In this document: piece after piece, positions 27,895 to 37,452 of the stretch
How the letters are laid out: every line of letters begins with the position of its first letter
Position numbering within the stretch: position 1 is the stretch's first letter
Assembly (NCBI GenBank): GCA_965220965.1
Contig: OZ244852.1
Location: 2,432,001-2,496,000, forward strand
Reading direction: 5' to 3'
Origin: Candidatus Marinacidobacterium sp.
GTDB lineage: Bacteria; Acidobacteriota; Vicinamibacteria; Marinacidobacterales; Marinacidobacteraceae
DNA: 64,000 bases
Position numbers and translations under genes: made by a program
The notes under the pieces: generated by a model
What the model saw: only the letters and a program-made list of their open reading frames with translations
The model's database searches: none
Told to the model about the DNA's origin: nothing

Positions 27895-28158
27895 GTGAGG
27901 ATCGCCAGCATCACCGAGTTCCGCCGTCACCTCAGCGAGTACCTGGCGGCGGTCGCCAACGGTGAGGAGGTGGAAGTGCGCAAGCGGAACAAGCCGGTGG
28001 CCCGCGTCGTCCCGGTCCCCCCGCCCCGCCGGAACCGGACCATCCTCGGCTGCGGCAAGGGCAGCGTCGTCATCCGGGGTGATCTGACCGCCCCTCTGAT
28101 TCCGGAGGGCGACCGGGAGATGCTTCAGGGGTTCCGCACGACGCGGATGCCCACGTGA
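27895..28158 (+). CDS. Phd/YefM family antitoxin (orphan)
   Basis: ASITEFRRHLSEYL...GEEVEVRKRNKPVARVVP. Confidence 0.8.
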   Translation: MRIASITEFRRHLSEYLAAVANGEEVEVRKRNKPVARVVPVPPPRRNRTILGCGKGSVVIRGDLTAPLIPEGDREMLQGFRTTRMPT

Positions 28159-29021
28159 TCGCTCCGGTACACCGGCGGGTCGGCGAGGAAGCGGTAGGAG
28201 CAGGTCACCCGGTCCGGCCCGCCGTTCCAGCCGCCGCCGCGCAGCACCCGCTCGTGGCCGGTCGAGGGGCCCTGGGGGTCCACCACCGGGGATTCCGGTC
28301 GCCGGACGAGTTCGGCGTAGTGGTCGGCTGACGCGTAGTCGGAGACCCACTCCCAGTTGTTCCCGAGCATGTCGCGCAGGCCGAAATCGTTCGCCGGGTA
28401 GCGGTCCACCGGTGTGATCAGCGTGTGTTCGTCCCGGGGCCACGGGGCGTCGCCCTGCCGCCAGGTGGCGGCGCTGTTCAGCCGGTCCGGCTCGAAGTCG
28501 TCGCCCCACCAGTAGCGGGTCTGCGTTCCGGCCCGACAGGCGTACTCCCACTCCGCTTCGGTGGGGAGTCGGTAGGCCATTCCGGTCTGGCGGCTCAGCC
28601 ATCTCGTGTAGGCGACGGCGTCGTTCCAGCTCACCTGCACCACCGGATACCGGTCCGGATCGGCGACCGTCGAACCCGGGCCGTAGGGCTCGCGCCACGT
28701 GTAGCCCGGGTGGTAGACGAAGCGGCCCTCGAGCAGGATCCGGCCGGTCCCGAACTCCTCGGCCTCGGTCACGTAGTCGGTCGCCTCCACGAAGGCGGCG
28801 AACTGGGCGTGCGTGATCTCGTCCTTCGACATCCAGAAGTCGGACACCTGGACCGCGTGGAGCGGCTTCTCCTGCGCCGGGCCCGCCTGCGACCCGCGGA
28901 AGAAGAGCCCGCCCCGAACCTCGATCATCTCGGGGAGGGGCGGCTCCGGCTGGGCGGTCGCCGCAAGCGGCAGGGTGAGACCGAGCAGTAGGAACGGAGC
29001 GGCGACGGTGGTTCGGATCAT
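28125..29021 (-). CDS. Exported FGE-sulfatase/SUMF1-fold protein
   Basis: Signal peptide; PVVQVSWNDA, RLPTEAEWEYACR, NDFGLRDMLGNNWEW, RGGGW; lacks the FGE catalytic Cys pair. Confidence 0.88.
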   Translation of the reverse strand: MIRTTVAAPFLLLGLTLPLAATAQPEPPLPEMIEVRGGLFFRGSQAGPAQEKPLHAVQVSDFWMSKDEITHAQFAAFVEATDYVTEAEEFGTGRILLEGRFVYHPGYTWREPYGPGSTVADPDRYPVVQVSWNDAVAYTRWLSRQTGMAYRLPTEAEWEYACRAGTQTRYWWGDDFEPDRLNSAATWRQGDAPWPRDEHTLITPVDRYPANDFGLRDMLGNNWEWVSDYASADHYAELVRRPESPVVDPQGPSTGHERVLRGGGWNGGPDRVTCSYRFLADPPVYRSDHVGIRVVRNP

Positions 29022-29023
29022 GG

Positions 29024-30178
29024 TCACACTTTGACATCCTCGCGGATGCGGTAGATCGAGACCGCGCGGATCCGGTCCCGTAGCGGGTAGGTCTCGCGGC
29101 CCGAGTGGATGACGTCGAGGCGCTCGAGCCGCAGATCCCGGATCGCGGTGTGCATGGAGCGCGTGGTGCGGGGCGCGGAGGAGCGCTTGATCTCGAAGGC
29201 GCGACGCTCGCGGCCGCGCACGATGAGCAGGTCCACTTCGGCGCCGGTGTGGGCCCGCCAGAAGTAGCACTCCTCGGGCTGGGCCTCGAAGTGCTCGATG
29301 AGCTCGTGGATCGCGAGTCCCTCGAACGAGGCGCCGACCCGGGGATGCCCCTCGAGATCCTCCATGGAGCGGATGTCCAGCAGGGTGTGGAGGAGTCCGC
29401 TGTCCCGCAGATAGATCCGGGGCGACTTGACCTGTCGCTTGCCGAGATGCGCGGACCAGGGCGGCAGGACCCGAAGGATCAGGGTCGCCTCCAGCAGGTC
29501 CCGGTAGGCGCGCGCAGTCTTCGCCGAGCCGCCGAGCGCGCGAGCCATCTCCGCATGGTTCCAGATCTGCCCGTGGAGGTGCGCCGTCATGGTCCAGAAG
29601 CCGCGAATCGCCGGCGCGGGCCTCCGGGACCCGAGTTGCGGCAGATCCCGCTCCAGGAACGTGCGCACGAAGTCGCGCCGCCACGCGAAGCTCGCGCTGT
29701 CGTCCCCGGCCAGGAAGGAACGGGGAAAGCCGCCGCGCAACCAGAGCTTCGGAAGCGCCTCGATGTCCGTCTCCGCGCCTCCAAGGCCCGCGAGTTCCCG
29801 ATAGACGATGCGGCCGGCGAGTGTCTCGCTCGACTGCCGGAGCAGTTCGGGGCCGGCCGAGCCGAGAATGAGAAAGCTCGCGGCGTTTCCCGGGCGGTCC
29901 AGCAGTACGCGCAGCACCGGAAAGAGTTCGGGCCGGCGCTGGATTTCGTCGAGCACGACGAGACCGTCGAGCCCCTCCAGGGCGTTCAGCGGATCCTCGA
30001 GACGCGACAGATCCCGCGGGTTCTCGAGGTCGAAGTGCGTCGCAGGCCCCGGAACCCGCTCGGCGTACTGTCGGGCGAGCGTCGTCTTGCCGATCTGCCG
30101 GGGGCCGAGAATCGCGACCGCCGACGCGCGCCCGAATGCGGCGGTCAGCCCATGCAGCGCCCGGGTCCTGATGACCAT
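29024..30178 (-). CDS. AAA_14 ATPase with DUF4143 C-terminus
   Basis: GPRQIGKTT, LDEIQ, LAGR, RGGFP, KSPRIYLRDSG, EVDL...EIK. Confidence 0.9.
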   Translation of the reverse strand: MVIRTRALHGLTAAFGRASAVAILGPRQIGKTTLARQYAERVPGPATHFDLENPRDLSRLEDPLNALEGLDGLVVLDEIQRRPELFPVLRVLLDRPGNAASFLILGSAGPELLRQSSETLAGRIVYRELAGLGGAETDIEALPKLWLRGGFPRSFLAGDDSASFAWRRDFVRTFLERDLPQLGSRRPAPAIRGFWTMTAHLHGQIWNHAEMARALGGSAKTARAYRDLLEATLILRVLPPWSAHLGKRQVKSPRIYLRDSGLLHTLLDIRSMEDLEGHPRVGASFEGLAIHELIEHFEAQPEECYFWRAHTGAEVDLLIVRGRERRAFEIKRSSAPRTTRSMHTAIRDLRLERLDVIHSGRETYPLRDRIRAVSIYRIREDVKV

Positions 30179-30280
30179 GAGGTCATTTTAGTGGGATAAC
30201 CGGACCACGATGTTCCGATTGTCATGGTTACTGCGACGCTTTTGTGCCCTCACCCGGTCCCGGGTGCGAGGAACCGCCGC

Positions 30281-31849
30281 TTACCCGGGCCGCTGGAGGC
30301 GAGGGATCCGGAGTGGACTCGCCTCCAGCACGTCCCGCCAGACCCGCCTCCCGACGGCGTCCGCCTCCCGGATAATGTCCGCCTCGTTCATCGTGAGGAC
30401 CTCCCGGTCCCGCATCACGAAGCGGCCGTCCACCATCACGGACTCGATGTCGCCGGGGTGACCGCTGTGGACCAGCGCCGAGATGATCCGGCCGGCGGGG
30501 ACCAGATGGGCGCGCTGGGTGTCCACGACGAGCAGGTCCGCCTTCTTGCCGACCTCCAGCGTTCCGAGGAGGTCGGGCTGCTGAACGGCCAGCGCCCCGC
30601 CCTCGGTGGCGTCCGCCAGGATGTCCTCCGGTTGCGGCTGGAGACCGGGGACCTCGTCGCCATCGCGGTTGCGCCGGATGCGTTCCGTGAGGAGCGCGAT
30701 CCGCATGACTTCGAACACATCGTTCGTGTTGTTGTCGGTCCCGAGCGCGATGGGACAGCCCGCCGCCCGAAGCGCCGGAATGGGCGGGCTGATTCCCCGG
30801 TTCGCCGCCATCCCCGCCTGGTGGGCGATGATCGTTCCGGATCGCCCCAGCATCGCGATCTCGTCATCGTTGACATAGCGCGCGTGCGCCGCGAACAGCC
30901 GGGGACCGAGGAACCCGTGACGGTCCAGGTACTCCGTCGGCCGCAGGCCATGGTGCATGACCATGAACTGGAACTCGGCCCGGCTCTGGTTCAGGTGGAT
31001 CGTGTAGCCGAGATCGTGGGTCTCGGCGAAGTCCCGCACCGCTCCCAGCAGCTCCGGCGAGGAGGTCTCGGTCAGCGAAGCCGCCGGAAACACCTGCACG
31101 CGTCCGTCCCGGGCCCCGTGCCACGTTTCGAAGAGTTCCTGGATGCGGTCCATCCCCTCTTCCCGGAGCTGGTCCGAGAACTCCGGGGTCTCGCTGCCCG
31201 CCAGTCCCCGGGGGGCCATGGGGCCGGGGACGTTCGTGGAGTCGCGAACCCCCTCCGCCAGCACACAGCGAAGCCCCGAGTCGGCGAGCGCCGCCGCGTG
31301 GCGCTGGACGTTGCCGGTGTACTCGACGATCGTCGTCGTCCCGGTGCGGATCGCCTCGAGCGCCGCCACCTGCACCATGAGCGTCCCTTCCTCGCCCTCG
31401 AGCAGGCTCGCCGGCGAGACCGCCAGATCCGCGCTGTTCGGGAAGCCGAAGTCCTCGTTGAATCCGCGAGCAATGACGGCCCGCATATGGGCGTGACAGT
31501 TGATGAGGCCGGCGAAGAGGGCCTTGCCCCGCCCGTCGTACTGCTCGGCGTCGGGGTAGTCCGCCAGGACGGCTTCGGTGGGGCCGATCGCGGCGATCCG
31601 GTCGTCCACGACCGCGAGCGCGACGTCGTCCTGCACCAGGTCGGCGTTCGCGACCGTCGTGTTCGTGAAGACCACCGCACGCCCGGTCTGGACGCGTCCA
31701 GCGGCGTTCCCGGCCGATGTCCTTCGGCCAACGCTCAGCGTGGCGGCCGCGGCGCCGGCGCCGGCCAGCACCTCACGGCGCGTGACCATGCCCATCCCGC
31801 CCGGGGCGTTCCCGGGCCGGCCCGCTCGTCTGCTCTTCGATGTCGCCAT
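30281..31849 (-). CDS. Tat-exported amidohydrolase family protein (TRZ/ATZ/deaminase-like)
   Basis: TRREVL signal; NCHAH, IHLNQ, AAH, LGTD, GKKADL. Confidence 0.85.
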   Translation of the reverse strand: MATSKSRRAGRPGNAPGGMGMVTRREVLAGAGAAAATLSVGRRTSAGNAAGRVQTGRAVVFTNTTVANADLVQDDVALAVVDDRIAAIGPTEAVLADYPDAEQYDGRGKALFAGLINCHAHMRAVIARGFNEDFGFPNSADLAVSPASLLEGEEGTLMVQVAALEAIRTGTTTIVEYTGNVQRHAAALADSGLRCVLAEGVRDSTNVPGPMAPRGLAGSETPEFSDQLREEGMDRIQELFETWHGARDGRVQVFPAASLTETSSPELLGAVRDFAETHDLGYTIHLNQSRAEFQFMVMHHGLRPTEYLDRHGFLGPRLFAAHARYVNDDEIAMLGRSGTIIAHQAGMAANRGISPPIPALRAAGCPIALGTDNNTNDVFEVMRIALLTERIRRNRDGDEVPGLQPQPEDILADATEGGALAVQQPDLLGTLEVGKKADLLVVDTQRAHLVPAGRIISALVHSGHPGDIESVMVDGRFVMRDREVLTMNEADIIREADAVGRRVWRDVLEASPLRIPRLQRPG

Positions 31850-31983
31850 GGTGGAACTCCCTCGGAACGGAGCGTACCGGAGTCCGAATCGCGACCTCCG
31901 CCGCGCCCGCGGTCCGTCGGGACGGGCGTCGGACGCCGCGTAGAATCCGGTTCGTCCGCTTTCGAAGCGAAATCCAGCCCAGC

Positions 31984-33933
31984 GTGAGTTCTCCGATTGA
32001 CACAACCCGGATGTCCGCGGCGACGCGGGCCGCGTTCGAACTCGCGGAGGCGGCCCGGGAGACCGGCTGGCGGTACCCCACCTTCGCCGGGGGGCTGTTC
32101 CTCGGGAGGCTGACGACCGACATCGTTCGTCCCTATCCGGACGCCGGGAGCGAGCCCGAGGGCGAAGCGTTCCTGAAGCGCCTCGAAGCGTTCCTGCTGG
32201 AGTCGGTGGATGCCGACCAGATCGATCGCACCGGGGAGATCCCGGATGACGTGGTTGCGGCGCTCGCCCGGATGGGAGCGTTCGGGATCAAGATCCCGAA
32301 GAAGTACGGCGGCCTCGGCCTGTCGCAGCGCACCTACACCCGTTCGGCGATTCTGCTGGGGAGCCACTGCGGGAGCCTGGCCTCGCTGATTTCGGCGCAC
32401 CAGTCGATCGGGATCGCCCAGCCGATCCTGCTGTTCGGAACCGAGGCGCAGAAGGCGGAGTTCCTGCCGCGGGTGGCCGCGGGCGACCTCTCGGCGTTCG
32501 CGCTCACCGAAGTCTCGGTCGGATCCGACGCCGCCCGGATGGAGGCCCGCGCCGAACCCACGCCCGACGGTCGCCACTTCATCCTGAACGGCGAAAAGCT
32601 CTGGTGCACGAACGGGACGAAGGCGCGCTGGCTCGTCGTCATGGCCCGAACGCCGGCCTCCGAAGCGGGAGGCCGCAGCGGGATCACGACCTTCATCGTG
32701 GACACCCGCTGGCCGGGCGTCGAGGTGGTTCGCCGCTGCCACTTCATGGGCCTCAGGGCGCTCTACAACGGGGTCATGCGGTTCACCGACGTCCGGATTC
32801 CCCGGGAGAACGTGCTCGGACCGGTGGGGAAGGGGCTGCGGGTCGCGCTCACGACGCTGAACACCGGACGCCTCACCCTGCCCGGGATCTGCATCGGGAC
32901 CGCGAAGCGCTCGCTCTACATCGCCCGCACCTGGGCCCGGGAGCGCGTCCAGTGGGGAGCGCCCATCGGGACGCACGCCGCGATCGCCGACAAGATCGGG
33001 CGGATGGCGGCGACCACCTTCGCCATGGACGCCATGTCGGACCTGACCTCGCTGCTCGTGGACATTGGCGGCGCGGACATCCGGATCGAAGCGGCGATCT
33101 CCAAGATGTACGCCAGCGAAGCGGCGTGGCGCATCGCCGACGAGACGGTCCAGGTGCTCGGCGGGCGCGGGTACGAGACCGCCGCTTCGCTCGCCGCCCG
33201 GGGGGAACGCCCCTACCCGGCGGAGCGGACGCTGCGCGACAACCGGATCAACACGATCTTCGAAGGCTCGAGCGAGATCCTTCGCCTGTTCATCGCTCGC
33301 GAGGTCCTGGACCCGCACCTGACCCGGGCCGGCATCGTGCTGAACCGGTCGGCGCCGTTCGGTCGCCGGCTCGGGGCCGCTCTCCGCGCCGGCCTCTTCT
33401 ATGTCCCCTGGTACCTGCGTCTGTGGATCCCGGCGGCGGCCCCGGGGGGCGGGGCGGCGTGGGCGAGGCGGCATCTCCGGTTCGTTGCGAGGGCCAGCAA
33501 GCGGCTGGCGCGCAGCCTCTTCCACGCCATGGTCCGGCACGGGCAGGGCCTCGAGCGGAAGCAGATCCAGTTGGGCCGGTTCGTGGATTTCGGGGCGGAG
33601 CTCTACGCCCAGGTCGCCGCGGTGGTGCGGGCCGAGGCGCTCCTTGCGCGCGGCGCGGACGAAGCCGAGGTGCTTCCGCTGGTCGAGGCGTTCTGCGCCG
33701 GGTCGAGGACCCGGGTCAGCGCGATCCGGCGGGCCATCCGCCGGAACGACGACCGGCAGACCTACGAGCTCGCCCAGGACTTCCTGGCCGACGGCCATCC
33801 GTTCCCGACCCTGCTCGATGGGCGAGTCCCGAACCGGTATGACGCGCCCGGAGACAGCCCCGCGGGCGCGGCGAAGCGCCCCGGCGCCCGGCCGGAGCCC
33901 GAGCGGGCCGCGCGGACTCCCGTCGCGGTTTGA
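31984..33933 (+). CDS. Acyl-CoA dehydrogenase (long, VLCAD-like)
   Basis: FALTE, GSD, NGEKLWCTNG, LNTGR, GGRGY, IFEG. Confidence 0.9.
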   Translation: MSSPIDTTRMSAATRAAFELAEAARETGWRYPTFAGGLFLGRLTTDIVRPYPDAGSEPEGEAFLKRLEAFLLESVDADQIDRTGEIPDDVVAALARMGAFGIKIPKKYGGLGLSQRTYTRSAILLGSHCGSLASLISAHQSIGIAQPILLFGTEAQKAEFLPRVAAGDLSAFALTEVSVGSDAARMEARAEPTPDGRHFILNGEKLWCTNGTKARWLVVMARTPASEAGGRSGITTFIVDTRWPGVEVVRRCHFMGLRALYNGVMRFTDVRIPRENVLGPVGKGLRVALTTLNTGRLTLPGICIGTAKRSLYIARTWARERVQWGAPIGTHAAIADKIGRMAATTFAMDAMSDLTSLLVDIGGADIRIEAAISKMYASEAAWRIADETVQVLGGRGYETAASLAARGERPYPAERTLRDNRINTIFEGSSEILRLFIAREVLDPHLTRAGIVLNRSAPFGRRLGAALRAGLFYVPWYLRLWIPAAAPGGGAAWARRHLRFVARASKRLARSLFHAMVRHGQGLERKQIQLGRFVDFGAELYAQVAAVVRAEALLARGADEAEVLPLVEAFCAGSRTRVSAIRRAIRRNDDRQTYELAQDFLADGHPFPTLLDGRVPNRYDAPGDSPAGAAKRPGARPEPERAARTPVAV

Positions 33934-34922
33934 GCCTGGCGTTCGCTTCGCGCCAGGCCTGGATCCGCCTGCCGGCGGCGGCGATCCTGCTGGCGGCCGC
34001 CGCCGGGTGCGGGTCGGAAATACCCCGGCGGGTCTGGCTGGACGTGGATCCGGCGGTCATGCGGGGCGGGCATGAGCCGGATGACGGGGTCGCGATGGTC
34101 CAGGCGTTCCAGTCGCCGGAGATCCAGGTCGTGGGCGTCAGCGTTGTCTTCGGGAACGCCCCGGTCGCGACCGGGTTTCCGATCGCCCGCGAGATCGCGG
34201 CCCGTTTCGGTCCGCCGCGACTCGGCGTCCACCGGGGAGCGGCGGGTGCGTCCCGGGAAGTGACCGACGCGGTCCGGGCCCTTATCGAGGCGCTCGACCG
34301 GGAGCCGCTCACGCTGCTCGTGCTGGGCCCGGCGACGAACCTCGCTTCCGCGCTCCTCATGCGGCCTGACCTCGCCCGGCGGATCGAGGCCGCGATCCTG
34401 GTCGTCGGGCGAGAGGAGGGCGAGGCGCTGACCTTCCCGGGGAGCCCGGAGCGCTTTCCCGACTTCAACTTCGAACTCGACCCGGAGGCGGTCGAGGTCC
34501 TCCTCGAGAGCGGCGCTCCCGTGGTGCTCGCCCCCTTCGGTCTGGCGGTCCGGGCTCCGGTGCGCGCCGAGGATTGGAGCGCGCTGGAGGGCGCGCCGTT
34601 CTGGGACTTTTTCGGCGGACCCATCGAGGATTACCTCGACTGGTTCGAGGAAGCGACCGGACGTCGGGCCACGTATCCGTTCGATTCGTTCGCCGTTTCG
34701 AGCGTGGTGGCCCCAGGCCTCCTCCGCTGCGACCCCGCGAACGCGACGCTCGTCGATGGCCCGGCGGATGCGTCCGGGGACGCGGGGGACCTGAAGCCCT
34801 GGCTCGTGCTCTCGCGCGCCGGAGGAGCCCTCTCGCCGGACAGTTGGCCAGTGACCTGGTGCCACACCCCGGCGGCGGGACTCCGCGAGGATCTCCTTCG
34901 CCGCCTTCGGGGGGAGTCGTGA
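33930..34922 (+). CDS. Nucleoside hydrolase family lipoprotein
   Basis: AAAGC lipobox; DVDP...DDG, VFGN, LGPATN, DFNF; TTGA overlap. Confidence 0.82.
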   Translation: MSLAFASRQAWIRLPAAAILLAAAAGCGSEIPRRVWLDVDPAVMRGGHEPDDGVAMVQAFQSPEIQVVGVSVVFGNAPVATGFPIAREIAARFGPPRLGVHRGAAGASREVTDAVRALIEALDREPLTLLVLGPATNLASALLMRPDLARRIEAAILVVGREEGEALTFPGSPERFPDFNFELDPEAVEVLLESGAPVVLAPFGLAVRAPVRAEDWSALEGAPFWDFFGGPIEDYLDWFEEATGRRATYPFDSFAVSSVVAPGLLRCDPANATLVDGPADASGDAGDLKPWLVLSRAGGALSPDSWPVTWCHTPAAGLREDLLRRLRGES

Positions 34923-35106
34923 GTCGCCATGCGGGGCGCGCGCGGCTCGGGGATCCGAGCGAAACGCAACGATGAGCGCCCCGAAGGGGCGTGGTTCGGA
35001 CGGGCCGCTCTTCCCGGTGGGGGCGATCGCCGTTCGAGCCCCTACCGGGAGAACCGGGCCGCGGGACTCTGTCAACGGGCTGCTAAATTCGTCGCTTCCG
35101 CCGGGA

Positions 35107-35183
35107 GCGCCTGTAGCTCAGTGGATTAGAGCGCTTGCCTCCGGAGCAAGAAGTCAGAGGTTCGAATCCTCTCAGGCGTACCA
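35107..35183 (+). tRNA. tRNA-Arg(CCG)
   Basis: GCGCCTG/CAGGCGT; CTTGC-CTCCGGA-GCAAG; CCA. Confidence 0.95.
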
Positions 35184-35231
35184 GCGGGGGCCGGGCCGGC
35201 GTCAGCCGGTTCCCGGCGCCGCACATCGCGT

Positions 35232-35308
<77 letters not shown>

Positions 35309-35349
35309 CGCGGGCGGACCCGCCGCCCGGCCCCGACGGGCCGCCCCGC

Positions 35350-36720
35350 ATGGCGTCCCCGCCTCCTTCTGTCGTGCCCGTTTCCCCGTCCCCGGCGAAG
35401 CCGTCCGGGCCCGACCCGGCGACCCTCCGGCGCCGGATTCTCATCCGCTCGCCGGAGATCCGCATCAAGGGGCGGAACCGGGCCTCGTTCCGGGAGGCGC
35501 TGAAGCGCAACCTGGGACGGCGGCTCCTGCCGCTGGGGCGGGGCTGGCGGGCGAGTTCCGCGGGAGATCGCGTCTGGGTCGAGGTCCCCGGCGTCGAGGA
35601 AGCCGACCTCGATCGGGCGCTCGATGCGGTGCGCACGGTCTTCGGCGTCCAGCTCGCGCTTCCCGCGTTCGTTCTGCCCCGCGCCGATGAGGGCGGCCCC
35701 GTGCCGGCGGAGCGACTGGCGGGTGATGCGCTCGAATTGACCTGCCGGCTGGCGTCGGCGGGGCCACCCTCTCCCGGAGCCGGCTTCGCGCTGCGGGTTC
35801 GCCGCCGGGACAAGAGTTTTCCGGCGCCATCGCAGCGCCTCGCCGATGACATCGGGCGAGCCGTGCTGGACCGGACGCCCTGGGAACGGGTGGATCTCGA
35901 CGATCCCGCGTTCACGGTATGGATCGAGGCGCACAAGGAGGCGGTCTATGTCTGGACCCGCCGCGTCAGCGGCCCCGGAGGTCTCCCCGTCGGCGCCGCC
36001 AGCCGGCTGCTTGCGCTCCTCTCCGGCGGGTTCGATTCGCCGGTCGCCGCGTGGATGGTGGGAGGGCGCGGCTGCCCGGTGGACTTCGTGCATCTGACGC
36101 CCGGACGGCCTGACCCGGAAGAGCCGTCGTCCCGGAAGGCCATCGCGCTGGTCCGGTCGCTGAGCCGGTTCACCGGGCTATCCCGGCTCGTGCTCGTGCC
36201 CTACACCCGCTTCGATCTCGGCCTGGTCGGCAGCCGCACCGGGTACGAGGCGCTCCTGTTCCGCCGGTTCGCCTTCCGCTGCGGAGAGGCCGTCGCGCGC
36301 CGGTTCGGCGCGGGCGCGCTCGTCACCGGCGACAGCCTGTCCCAGGTCGCCTCGCAGACCCTCGAAAACCTCATCAGCGCCGACCGCGCGGTGACGATGC
36401 CGGTGCTGCGTCCCCTGATCGGGATGGACAAGGCGGCCATCATGGGGCGCGCGGAAGCGATCGGCACCTGGCCTCTCTCGGCGGTTCCGGCCAAGGATTG
36501 CTGCGCGCTGATTTCCCGCGCTCCCCGGACCCGCTCCCGCCCCCGAAGGGTCGCCCAACTCGACCGCCGGCTCTTTCCCGACCCGGTGGCGCTCGTTCGG
36601 GAGTCGCTCGCCGAATCGCTGGTCGGCGCATTCGAGTTCGGGGAGCTCGCCGAACCGTTTGTTCCCCCTCCGCGGTTCGCTGCCTCGCCCGTCCGGGAGC
36701 CCGCCTCCGCCGCCCCCTGA
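35350..36720 (+). CDS. thiI: tRNA 4-thiouridine synthase (THUMP + PP-loop, no rhodanese domain)
   Basis: EIRIKGRNR, GGLPVG, LSGGFDSPVA, GDSLSQVASQT, LRPLIGMDK, DCC. Confidence 0.9.
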   Translation: MASPPPSVVPVSPSPAKPSGPDPATLRRRILIRSPEIRIKGRNRASFREALKRNLGRRLLPLGRGWRASSAGDRVWVEVPGVEEADLDRALDAVRTVFGVQLALPAFVLPRADEGGPVPAERLAGDALELTCRLASAGPPSPGAGFALRVRRRDKSFPAPSQRLADDIGRAVLDRTPWERVDLDDPAFTVWIEAHKEAVYVWTRRVSGPGGLPVGAASRLLALLSGGFDSPVAAWMVGGRGCPVDFVHLTPGRPDPEEPSSRKAIALVRSLSRFTGLSRLVLVPYTRFDLGLVGSRTGYEALLFRRFAFRCGEAVARRFGAGALVTGDSLSQVASQTLENLISADRAVTMPVLRPLIGMDKAAIMGRAEAIGTWPLSAVPAKDCCALISRAPRTRSRPRRVAQLDRRLFPDPVALVRESLAESLVGAFEFGELAEPFVPPPRFAASPVREPASAAP

Positions 36721-36779
36721 GGCAGCGTGGGCCGCGCCACCGCCGCGTCATGAAGTGCGGCGGTACACTCGATCCCGCC

Positions 36780-37340
36780 ATGTTGCGCAGCGCCCTCGTC
36801 GTGCTGGCCGCGGGCTGTCTCGCGGCGGCGGATCCGGCTGCGGCCCAGGCGCCGCGGCGTCCCCCCGAGCCGTTCGCGGTGTTCGTGGAGACCGTCGAGA
36901 CCGGAGAAACGGAACGCGACGAGGAGCTCCGGGAAGTGGAAGCGGTGGTCCGGGACCGGGTGCGTCGCCGGGGAAACTGGTTCCGGTTGGCCGAGGACCG
37001 GGAGCAGGCGGCGCTGACCCTCCGGATCACGAATTACCGGCGGGTCCAGCGGATGATCCCCAAGCTGGAGCGGCTCATCCTGAACGGGCAGGTGCAGATG
37101 GTGGAGCGCAGCGAAATCATCGAGGTCCACTACGTGGATGCGCTCGCCGCCGCGCCCCGGGTCGCGGGTCTCCGCGAGTCCCTCACCGGGCTGGACGAGC
37201 GGGAGCAGGGCCCCAGTCTGCGGAATGCGGCGGGCCACCTTGCGGAGCAGCTCGAGGACTTTGTGAAGGAGCACTACGAGGCGGTGACGGGTTCGGGACC
37301 GCCCTCGTCGCCTGGGCTTCCGGCTCCGCAGCCGCAGTAG
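36780..37340 (+). CDS. Hypothetical exported protein
   Basis: Signal peptide ending AAA-Q; TACACT upstream. Confidence 0.6.
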   Translation: MLRSALVVLAAGCLAAADPAAAQAPRRPPEPFAVFVETVETGETERDEELREVEAVVRDRVRRRGNWFRLAEDREQAALTLRITNYRRVQRMIPKLERLILNGQVQMVERSEIIEVHYVDALAAAPRVAGLRESLTGLDEREQGPSLRNAAGHLAEQLEDFVKEHYEAVTGSGPPSSPGLPAPQPQ

Positions 37341-37452
37341 AGTCCGTCGTTCCCGTGAGGGAGCCCGGCCCGGCGGTCGCACTGCGCCTGTCGCGCCGGA
37401 AGCGAGCCGCCGCGGTCCCAGGGTTGCGGCGAAGGAACCCGAGGGAGCCGCG

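Noticed and set aside
28125-29021. Active formylglycine-generating enzyme
   Set aside because: The catalytic Cys pair after RGG is absent and there is no sulfatase nearby.
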